A stretch of 64,000 nucleotides of DNA, taken from NCBI RefSeq assembly GCF_033153115.1, contig NW_026889772.1:4216001-4280000 (forward strand). The letters are read 5' to 3'. Source of the stretch: Saccostrea echinata (Eukaryota). This document shows, one piece after another, positions 11,827-22,143 of this stretch; positions within the stretch are counted from its first letter, which is position 1; each line of letters begins with the position of its first letter. The position numbers were made by a program, and so were the translations under genes. Under the pieces are notes generated by a model. It did no database searches and was not told the DNA's origin. It was given only the letters and a program-made list of their open reading frames with translations.

Positions 11827-12581
11827 CTCTGGAATATATAGATAAAACAATGAGATCAAATGATACTGAACTCTTCCAGAATAATATAATTATATAGACA
11901 ATATTCAAAATATATATACATCATACCTATATGTGATATAGAGCCAGAAATCCAAATATATATAAAGCTGAACACAGCTGTACTCTATTCAGTGATCTGT
12001 GTATGAATAATATAAATAGAACTTTACTATATTACACACTTATTCTCACAGATATAAAATATACTTATTACTCTGAATATTTACAAAGTCATAAAATAAT
12101 CACACAAACTGAACTTTCATACTTTATATTAGAATATTATTATTTGGTAATTTAGCAGATAAACAATTACATAGAGAAGATGAAATTAGTAAAAGTAAAC
12201 TTACATTCTGTCCTGCCTTGGTCATTGTCATAATTAAGTCATATAATATCAAAAAGCCAATATGTTCTGCTAAGACCAAGATCTCAAACAAAAGTAATTA
12301 ACTAGGTAAAAACCAAAAGAGAGGGAAACTAACCAACCAATGAAATCCAAGTTGGCCTGGACACTACACAAGATATATATAGAAAAGGGACAGGGGTTTA
12401 AATGACCACTGTGATGTCATACATCTATAAATAACTAAATGAACACAGATTGATGTAAATAATTCCATGTGGATTTATTCAGTAAATGAAATGCTGTAAA
12501 GAAATAAATATGACAATTTAACTGAATTAATGTAATCCTGAAATGTAATAATTCATATATGAAATAAATCACTCTATCACA
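11827..12581 (-). repeat. Right arm of the long inverted repeat
   Basis: Reverse complement of 3119-~3870; identity decays over the innermost ~30 bp. Confidence 0.93.
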
Positions 12582-12726
12582 ATAAGAGATGGATTCATTA
12601 TATTTAAAGGAAGGAACTATTGAATTCTGAACACAGACATTTCTGGAAAAAAAGTTTTCATCAAAGTTTATTCTTAATTCAGTATGAATGACTGATGTAA
12701 TTCCTACTTCTTATGACAATACTTTA

Positions 12727-12885
12727 TTATTCTTCATCGGGGCAGTATTGTGTCTCTTGTCCTACATCTGATCAGTGAACGTTTCTATATACAGGTGACC
12801 GGTTGTGCTGTGTTGGCCGTCGAAGTCCATTCTTAACGAGCGGTGCGTTATGTACGTCCTGAACCAATCTGTACATCTCAAAGGC
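12727..12885 (-). pseudogene. Orphan duplicated terminal exon of the nacrein-like carbonic anhydrase, with a premature stop
   Basis: Matches 41950-42108 (AFEMYRLVQDVHN.PLVKNGLRRPTQ). TGG has become TGA at 12772-12774, and no upstream CA exons are present beyond ~13048. Confidence 0.85.
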
Positions 12886-13079
12886 CTGAAAAATTTATTG
12901 AGATCAGTTAAAAACAATTGAAAGTACTATAATCCTATGGGTTTAAGTGAATCGGTCCATTATTTTGCGTTCATTTTCATTGATAAAATACTAGGCAGTC
13001 TAGTTTATTTTCGTCTAGGCGAAAGCTTTTTTAATTCTGAAATCAACAAAAGTAATATAGAAGAAATTATATATAAAAT

Positions 13080-13330
13080 AGGTGAAGATAACGAGCAGTG
13101 ATTGATTTAAAAAAATCTATGAAAAGGGCATATCTAAAGCAGAAACCGCTGGAAATTCCAGATGTGAGATCAGGTGCCTAGGCGGTGTGAGCATCCCCTG
13201 TCGACCCTTCACATTGATCAGGTGGACGGAATAATCCCTAGTCAAATTTAGTATAAAAAACAAAGGCCTATCAATTGGTATGAAATAATAAGTTAAAATA
13301 CGGCACAGTAATAAGTGGTATTTGCTAACA
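13080..13330 (-). mobile_element. Degenerate Naiad-type PLE 3' end
   Basis: Carries the conserved 3' motif (gatcaggtgcctaggcggtgtgagcatcccctgtcgacc on the + strand). Confidence 0.65.
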
Positions 13331-13429
13331 AGCTTTCTGTTTGAAAGGAAATGATTTCCTTATTTATCCTACTTTGCCTCTTTCGTATTTATTGTACTGT
13401 TCAATAACCTCATTTTCTTTCTATTTTAG

Positions 13430-14436
13430 AAACACGAAATACTGGAAATGACCAGTATATTATGGAGAGAGATACTCCTATGAAATTTCATTATAGTTTT
13501 TCTCGCCAAAATGATGGCGAAATGGTGAACTTGCTAAGTGACGGCGCTCATGTGTTGGCATCAATGAGTAAAAGATCAGCAGAAATGTAAGTAAGAATTA
13601 TATGGTAAGGTATGCTCGTATGTAATGAGTTTTTGGACTCCAAACTTCACACGAAAGAGTGTACAATGATTCTATCATGTTCATACTTAATTTGTTTTAG
13701 TTACTAATATTAAGTAATTTAAACACAACAGGATGAACGCACGGAGCGCCGAAGATGTCCGAGAAATTATAGATGATCCCTCCTATCAAGAGATGATGCG
13801 GGAAGAGTTTTCTCCATACTGCTATCAGCTGCCACGTTTGACCCAAACCAAAAGTACCGCTCAGCATGCGGTGCCTGTAACAACCTTAGGGCACCTCTGT
13901 ATGAAAAGTTCTTTACACCGTTTCGTCGAATTGTACCGTCAAAGCATGAAGGTGGTAGGTCACCAATGATTGGTTTATTAATGACCTTGACTGTGTCACT
14001 TTAAAAACCTAATAGAAAAATTGGTGCTTGTTAGAAATCACAACAAAATGTTAAATTAAGTTCCTATCAATCTTTATTGTACTTAAGCAATTTTTCAAAC
14101 AGGTATTGAGGCACCAAGAACCGGAAGTGTACTAGGACGTAGCTTACCAAGTGCTCGTGACGTCAATAACGCTATCCACCTGGAGCGTGCAGCAAGTGTT
14201 AACGCCGTCATTACGCCGTCTGTCTACTCCTTTGGACAATTTCTTGACCATGATTTCACTAGCACACCTTTAATGGAAGGTAGCCTTATAGCTTTTGATA
14301 AAATGCGTCGCAAAAAAGTATCACATTTCAAAAATTGTTTATTGTAAAAAGAAGAATTTGACTCAGTAGAATTTTCATCTTTCTGTCTTTTCATTATTTC
14401 TTTTCTTCAGATGAAAATGGAAATTTGAATGAGGAC
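13430..14436 (+). pseudogene. Peroxidase fragment, copy B: exons 13430-13586, 13732-13954 (frameshifted), 14103-14279 and partial 14411-14436
   Basis: Homologous to exons 2-5 of the full gene and retains FGQFLDHD. A 1-nt deletion near 13837 makes that exon 223 bp instead of 224. Exon 5 runs into a repeat; exon 1 and later exons were not found. Confidence 0.88.
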
Positions 14437-14760
14437 ACTTTAGTTTCGACTCGATGTCTCGAGAAGCCTTTGAGCCTTTGCAATGAAATTTTGCATAAAG
14501 AATCCCTGTGGCCTGGGGAAGACTCCCATTGATTTTAAGGTCAAAGGTCAACGTCATGAATTCATAAATTCAGTCTGTTTAAACGCTTTATTTCTGTGCT
14601 ACATCTCGAGAAGCCTTCGAGCTTTTGCTTTGATATTTTAAACCACAACTTCCTATGAACTAAAGACCCCTATTGATTTCGAGGTGAAAAGGTCAAAGGT
14701 CAATGTCAAAAATTTATACATTTTGTTTGTGTGTAAAACTTTCATTTCCGAGCGATATCT
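14437..14760. repeat. Degenerate ~145-bp tandem repeat (Helentron/MITE-type internal repeat); a related unit resumes at ~15866-15910
   Basis: The unit ctcgagaagcctt(t/c)gagc(c/t)tttgc...cccattgatttt.aggtcaaaggtca occurs twice. Confidence 0.55.
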
Positions 14761-14761
14761 C

Positions 14762-15865
14762 AATGAAATATATCTAGATAACGAACAGTATTCAAGCTCC
14801 ATTATACAATACAAAATAGGAGCAGAGCAAACACGGACCTCCAAACATCAGAGGTGGGATCAGGTGCCATGGAGGAGTGAGCATCCCCTGCCGACCAGTC
14901 ACACCCGCCGTGTGCTCCTTGTCATGATCGGGAAATAACGGAAAAATCCGTCGACAATTCGGTGTGTAAATAATGGCCTAACAATTAGTATGAAAAGCGT
15001 CAGTCAGCATTTGACTCAATGATAAATTGTATTTGCTGACAAGGTCATTGTATCGACCATAGAACTTACGAAATGATGAATTTAAACGATACAACTGATA
15101 TTCTTGTTTCATCAACTTATTTGTCAATAATTTACCTCGTTTTAGAAATTGTACATACGTAGAGCATGCTCTTGCGTATCAAATCAACTGAGAGATATAT
15201 ACCCCGTATGCCGGTGATGAAGGTATATTGCTGCATAAGTAAGGGAAGTTGACGATTGAAAAGTTAAAGTCATCACGTTTATCATAAAGCTTGGTTGTTA
15301 GATTACCATTAACGTCTTTTTCAAGTAAAATATCCAAATATGAAACAGATGTGTCAGACTCTGTGGTATCTTTTATCTCAAGTTCACCAGGATATATCGT
15401 ATCGACATAAGAATGAAAATAGCCATTGTTAATTGACAATACGTCGTCGATATATCTAAATGTCGAGTTGAAGGCCACAGCAAGTGTTTTCTTCTTTTCA
15501 CGTGCAAGATTTTGGACAAATTCTGCTTCATATGAATACAAGAAAAGGTCTGCTAGTAACGGGGCGCAATTGGTACCCATAGCAATTCCAATAGATTGTT
15601 GGAAGACCTAGTCTCCAAAAACCACATAGATATTGTCAATCAGAAACTCAAGCATCTTTTTAATGTCAACTTCAGAGTACTTGTGTGTACAATCAGAATG
15701 TTTTTTAACAAAATAATTTTGCAAATGACCAATGACAAGGTAGGTATATTTACGAGTTCCATTTTTATTGAAAAAGCAGCTGTCAATGATATCAAAAAGC
15801 CTGGACTTTAATTTATCGTGGGGAATGGTTGTGTATTAAGTTGAAAAGTCGTAAGTTTTTAAGCT
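14762..15865 (-). mobile_element. Naiad-type PLE, 3' portion (RT C-terminal half plus 3' UTR)
   Basis: Near-identical reverse complement of ~5597-6690. ORF 15179-15580 contains GTNCAPLLADLFLY and RYIDD. Confidence 0.92.
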
Positions 15866-18196
15866 TTTTAAGCTTTTGCAATGAAATTTTATATCATAAC
15901 TCCCTATGGCCCCGCCCGTTCCTCTTAAAGTGTCCCGTCCCCCAACCCCCACCACCCTACGATCACCACCCCTCTAGATCCGTATATGCTCTTCTTTTTT
16001 CCTTAAGCAGGGGACACAGATTCTCTGAATTAGCTTGTTAGTATTGCATTTATATTTGGATATTGTGAAAGCGTATCCTGTTTTATACTGAAACTGGTAA
16101 ATAAATTACATTCTCACCTTTAGCTTGATGCATAATGTGAAAATGCTATGAGGATGTTTTTTAAAGGTCATTTATTGATAAAAATGTAGCCAAGACAAAA
16201 TATTGAAAGCCTATACACTTACCATATTGAGTGACTTGTACGTTGAGATTTGTGCTACATGCATGTAAAAACTCTTTTGTTGTTTTTGTAGACTAAGTCC
16301 TTGTTCTAAAATGTACATTTTTGACCCAATTCAACAGCCCGCACTTTTCCAATGACAATCAAATTATATTTTCCTGTGGCAGAAAAAGCCTGAATCCATT
16401 TTACTTTGCAATATTATTCTTAAAAACTTGAAAATTTAGAGACATTGATGATGAATATTTCAACCCAAATATGCATGGGTTTACACATAATAGATCTGCC
16501 TTTTCCCAAAATTTAATCAATAATAATATGTTGTAGTAATCTGCTGGACCTTTTCGGACAATCTGTTTTTGTGCTATCTTGAATTTATGTCGATTGCTAA
16601 ACTTGAGTTGGTTGGTAAGATTGATGGACCTTATGGTGTGTAATGTAAACATAATTTCCAAAGTTTAGTCCTTGAAAATGTTGAAAATAAATAATCTGTC
16701 CCTGCCTTATTCCTACGGTTTTCATTTTATTCAGTGAAAGCGGGGGACAAAAAGGCAATTTTTATATTCCATTGTGACCTTGAACTTTGACTTTCTGTCC
16801 GTATTTACCAATTCAGGTGATGCTATATGTAGTTATTGTCCACCAGAACTGTAATTTTGTTTACTCATGCTGTTTAAAACAAATGTATTAGTTGGGACAC
16901 AGAAAAAAATGTGTTGTTTCCTTAAATTTCTATCTAAATCGAGCCATTTTGCCCTTGGCCTTTGACCTTTTGTCATGAAAATTGATTTTTCTCTTTGTTT
17001 TTGCTGTTGTGTACCACATAACTAAATTTGGTTTCAAACCATTTTAAAATACTCAGGTATTTATATGGAAACTGATCGTAGATTCCTATTGCCCTTGTCT
17101 GGAATTCTTTAAAAAAGCATAAGTTTGTAACCATGGTAACATGAAAACAAAATATGAATACCAAGTGTTTCTTTGCAGTTTATATTAGATCTATATATAG
17201 ACTTTCAAACCAATGTATTTATTTTTTCCCATATGTCCGCAAAATTTTATACCAGGCTTTTCAAAAGAGCCTAAAATCTACAATTTTTCCACAGAAAAAT
17301 CCTACCTAAAACCGGGCGATGTTTTTTCTATTAGGTAAAGTTACTCAAATACTAGAAATTATCTAAAGAACTATAAAAATGATGTATTTTGGCAGAAAGA
17401 TGAAATCATGTAAATATCTTGTTGTATTAAAGAGTTTTAATTAGTCAAAAAGGGTCATTTTTCATCAAAATTTAGCTTTTTTTAAGGCCATGAAAAATGT
17501 ATGTTGGTTGCCATGGTAATCATTGACCATAGCAACCATTTTATTATGAATTTTAGTTTCATACATCAATATAGGAATGTGTGCCAAGTTTCATAAAAAT
17601 CTAAGACCTAGCGTGCCACACTTTCTATATAAGAGTTTAAATGCTTACAGAGAATGGCTATTAATTGCTTGGTAATATTATAATAGATTCTCTCTATTAT
17701 AGAAGATATTTTTTTAAGATTGTAGGGGATGTGATGTGTGTTTTTCTGAGGGATGATATTCCGTTTGAGTATATCGTTTAATTTCTCATTATATCTCCAT
17801 AGACCATGTGCTGAGGCATAGGAACGTTTAGTTACGTTTCCTTCTACGAACACCTTGGCCTACACAAATTGCAGAAATCAGCGATCCTCATTTTTTACAT
17901 GAATATACACAACGTTTGGAAACGCCTTTCCCCAACAGAAACTTACTTCTTATTGTTTATTTTGTAAAGAAATTATTTCCCATCAATTTGAAAAAAAAAA
18001 TGCTATTTTGTTTATACATTTATATACTTCAAATAATCTTTGAATAAAAAAATTATAGGATAATTTTGTTAATCGAGAAACGAATCTAAAGCCTTCGGCT
18101 TTATAAGGTGCACAACATCTTAAAAGATCAATCAATCTGAATGGAAAAAATGTACAACAAAATTCAGAACTCTCTGAATGGTTGAAAAGACGGACA

Positions 18197-19220
18197 AATG
18201 AAAAATATGGAGATAACGAACAGTATTCAAGCTCAAAAGTCCATAAAACAATACAAAATAGGAGCAGAGCAAACACGGACCTCCAAACATCAGAGGTGGG
18301 ATCAGGTGCCATGGAGGAGTGAGCATCCCCTGCCGACCGGTCACACCCGCCGTGTGCTCCTTGTCATGATCGGGAAATAACGGAAAAATCCGTCGACAAT
18401 TCAGTGTGTAAATAATGGCCTAACAATTAGTATGAAAAACGTCAGTCAGCATTTGACTCAATGATAAATTGTATTTGCTGACAAGGTTATTGTATCGACC
18501 ATAGAACTTACGAAATGATGACTTTAAACGAGACAACTGATATTCTTGTTTCATCAACTTATTTGTCAATAATTTACCTCGTTTTAAAAATTGTACATAC
18601 GTAGATCATGCTCTTGCGTATCGAATCAACTGAGTGATATATACCCCGTATGCCGGTGATGAAGGTATATTGCTGCATAAGTAAGGGGAGTTGACGATTG
18701 AAAGTTAAAGTCATCTCGTTTATCATAAAGCTTGGTTGTTAGATTACCATTAACGTCTTTTTCAAGTAAAATATTAACATTTAATGTTATGCAGATTATT
18801 ATAAATATAAAGAGATATAAGCTTTCAAGACATCACAATGCTTAACTTCTAAATTTTACAGATTTTCTTTAAAATGTTATTGGGTTCTTTTGTATTGTCA
18901 ACATTAAGGAGCTTAATTAATTTAAAGACACTAATTTTTGTATAACAAAACCATTAAATACATTATTATATCATCATCATCAATTTTACATTTCGAGATA
19001 AAATATAACTGGTCTTCTATATCATTTTGATCACCCAATTTACATATATTTTTATATTCCTTAAGAAATTATTTTGTCGACATTTAGATATATCGACGAC
19101 GTATTGTCAATTAACAATGGCTATTTCCATTCTTATGTCGATACGATATATCCTGGTGAACTTGAGATAAAAGATACCACAGAGTCTGACACATCTGTTT
19201 CATATTTGGATATTTTACTT
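18197..19220 (-). mobile_element. Naiad-type PLE 3' end (18197-18773, -) with an inverted upstream piece (19076-19220, +)
   Basis: Both pieces are near-identical to the 4133-6690 element and abut in element coordinates at atattttactt. Confidence 0.85.
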
Positions 19221-19407
19221 AAATTTCATAATATGATATTATTAAGCTATTAAGCTATAAAGAAAACTGATCAGATCTTATGTTTAATTCTCTCTGCAGT
19301 GTAAGAATTTGCCGTTAAAATATTTGTTTCTGGTCTCTTACGGAGGCGTTGCATTGTGCACGGTAGAATTTTTTTTTTCATTTACTTTTTTGGTAATTCA
19401 TTAAAAT

Positions 19408-19895
19408 TAGGGATGTCAATTTTGTCAATAATTATTATTCGAATATTCAATGAAAGTATTCGAATATATTCGAATATTCGATAAAATAAATGAAATCTGG
19501 TTTATTTTAAATATGCATCATCCAACTTTCATGAAAGGTTTAGCGTAGGTATACTTATATTGGAAGTAAAACTGTATAAAGACTTTTGTAGGTGTACAAT
19601 AAGGAATTCTATTTGATATTTGTCAATGTTTGAAACAAATATTTGATTTAAATGTAGAAAAGAATAATTTTAACAAATGGTACACGTGTTTTGATAGTAG
19701 CTCCAACTTTGGAACCAGTCTCTTACCAAAAGCAGGTTAGTCGTATACTTTTCAGATTTCAATACGTGTAATTAATTACAATTATCAGTCTAATAAGAGA
19801 TATGTTTAGAATCGTTCGAATCAAAATTTATAAATCACGGTACTTCTTTTTATAAAATCTGAAAAGCACCGAAAAACATCGAATATTCGAATCTT
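19408..19895. mobile_element. hAT-like MITE remnant (TAGGGATGTCAA end, subterminal attcgaat repeats)
   Basis: Same end and tcgaata/tattcga motifs as 44778-46593. Confidence 0.45.
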
Positions 19896-20046
19896 AAATT
19901 ATTTTGAAAACTTTTATTTATACTAGATAAAACATTCATATCGCAGCCAGGTCTATATTGTGTACTTAAAATTATAAAACTTTTATTCTAGTTCGTAACT
20001 TTTATGAATTTTTTTTTACACTGAACACATTTTACATGCCTGTTAG

Positions 20047-20402
20047 ATTGATTGATTGATTGAATGTTGTTTGTTACTTCCCGTTCGAGAATTTTTCACT
20101 CATATAGAAACGTCATCATATACCCGTGAAGGGCTTCAAATTTAGATCTTTACTCGCCACTCAGGGCCATTGAACAGTGAGGGTTCTTTATGGTGCCAAC
20201 GCCTACTGTGACATGGGTCCTAACTTTTTAAGGTCTCAACCAAAGGACCCGTAACTTTCACTTCAAAATGCCGAGCGCTTGGCAAAGGAACAGTTGCTAC
20301 CCTTTTTTCTTTATCGACTTAGGTCAGTCAAGGCCGTGATTCGAACGCACGACCTTCCGATCACGGAGCGAGCGCTCTAATGACTGAGCTTCCGTGACGG
20401 CC
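20047..20402 (-). mobile_element. tRNA-derived SINE
   Basis: The reverse complement begins GGCCGTCACGGAAGCTCAGTCATTAGAGCG...GGTCGTGCGTTCGAATCAC (A and B boxes). It has an internal ATGAGTGAAAAATTCTCGA and a (CAAT)n tail. Confidence 0.8.
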
Positions 20403-20689
20403 ATACTTGTTAAAAGAACATACTGAATGAAAAAAGAAAAATAAATCTCAGGAAGTGCCGATATATTTTGAAGCATTGTGATCCTATCTACTAAGCAGAT
20501 AATAATTTATTAAAGTAGATAGCACACTCCAATACTAGTAAAAGATCTTTGTGAAATAAAGTCACAAGAAGTGTACACACTATTGTAAGATCAGAATAAA
20601 TGTTAAGATGCTTACAAACAACCGAGCTACTCTCATGTTTTGTTCTCTGCTATAAACAGCACTTTTTATTCGCAAGAATCGATATTTGA

Positions 20690-22143
20690 CATATGGAAAT
20701 AACGAACAGTATTCAAACTCTTATTCCTCTTAAACAATAATTAAATTGGGAGTAGAGCAAACACAGACCTCCAAAAACATCAGAGTCGGGATCAGGTGCT
20801 ATGGAGGAGTAAGCATCTCCTGTCGACCGGTCATACCAGCCGTGTGCTCTATGTCATGATCAGGTAAATGGAAAAATCTGTAGACATAATGGCCTAAAAA
20901 TTAGTATGAAAAACGTCAGTCAGCATCTGACCGAATGATAGATTGTATTTGCTGATAAGGTCATTGTATTGACCATAGAACGTGGGAATTGTTGACTTTA
21001 AACGAGACTAGCTGTTGATATCCTTGTTTAATCAACTTATTTGTTAAAAGCTTGTCTCGTTTTAGAAATTGTTCGTTCGTGGAGCATGCTCTTGAGTATT
21101 AAATCAACTGGGAGGCATAAACTCCATATGTAGGTGATATTTGTTATTGCTACATAAATAAGGGAAGTTGACAAAAGAAAAGTTGAAGTTATCACGTTTA
21201 TCAGAAAGTTTTGTTGGTAGGTTACCATTAACGTCATTTTCTAATTAAATATCCAAATATGAAACAGATCTGTCAGACTTTGTGGTATCTTTTATTTCGA
21301 GTTCAGAGGGATAATTCTATTCAATGAAGGGATGAAAATAAATATAGTAAATAGATAAAACGTCGTCGATATACTAATACCTTAATGTCGAGTTGAAGGC
21401 CAACGCAAGTGTTTTCTTCTAATGTAAAAGTTTTTGAATAAATTCTGCTTCATATGAATATAAAAATAGGTCTGCTCATAACAGGGCGTAATTGCAATTG
21501 GTTCCTATGGGAATTGCGACATATTTTTGGAGGACTTGATCTCTAAAACTAAATAGATATTGCCAATCAGAAACTCAAGCATCTTCTTAATATCAACTTT
21601 GGAGTACTTCTGTGTACAATCAGAATGTTTTCAACAAAATAATTTATCAATTGACCAATGACAAGGTAAGTAAATTTACGAGTTTCATTTTTATTGAAGA
21701 AGCAGCTGTCTATAATGCCAAAAAGTCTGGACTTTAATTAATATTTATCGTAGAGAATTGTTGTATAAAGTGTTGAAAAGTTGTACGTTGTGATATTATT
21801 GATTTTGGTAAAATTTCATGATTTCAAATTTTCTAAGAGTTCCTTGGAATTTTTAATGTATCCATATCTAATTTACATCACATCTCGAATATATTGTTGT
21901 ACAGTACTCCTGAAGTTTCTCCTTCACTGCTGTTAATATTTTAGTGAGGAGTAAAGAAATAGGCTTCGTAGAAAATTAACTGGAACCCTATATGTATATC
22001 TGTTTGTAAGGATTTTTATGTAGTTTAGGAATCCAGTAAAGGTATTGTAATTCAAATTCAATTTGATTGTTGGGAATACTAAAAATATTTAAAACTGACA
22101 TGAACGATGAGTATTAGTTGAATTACCACTTGCAGAATTAAAT
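20690..22143 (-). mobile_element. Older degenerate Naiad-type PLE (RT plus 3' UTR)
   Basis: Collinear with ~5230-6690, with many indels and stop codons. Confidence 0.85.

Larger units (their letters stand above)
3119..12581 (+). mobile_element. Ty3/Gypsy-derived composite element with ~750-bp terminal inverted repeats, TG...CA ends and a 4-bp ATAA TSD
   Basis: Starts TGTGATAGAGTG (3119) and ends CACTCTATCACA (12581), with ATAA on both sides (3115-3118, 12582-12585). The paralogous empty site reads attcaaata-ATAG-gagatgg at 41801-41820. It contains gag and pol (PR-RT-RH) but no integrase. Confidence 0.9.
1..13048. repeat. Segmental duplication: 1-3118 plus 12582-~13048 correspond to ~35640-42278 (excluding copy-specific insertions)
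   Basis: Collinear near-identical sequence across exons, introns, the 3' region and the CA last exon. Copy A carries the 3119-12581 insertion; the other copy carries the 36901-39875 insertion. Confidence 0.95.

Noticed and set aside
3119-12581. DIRS-type or autonomous Ginger/Polinton element
   Set aside because: No tyrosine recombinase, integrase or PolB is present. A protease, a Gypsy-type RT-RH and a 4-bp TSD are.
20330-20402. tRNA gene
   Set aside because: A and B boxes are present, but the acceptor stem does not close and the sequence continues into a SINE body and microsatellite tail.
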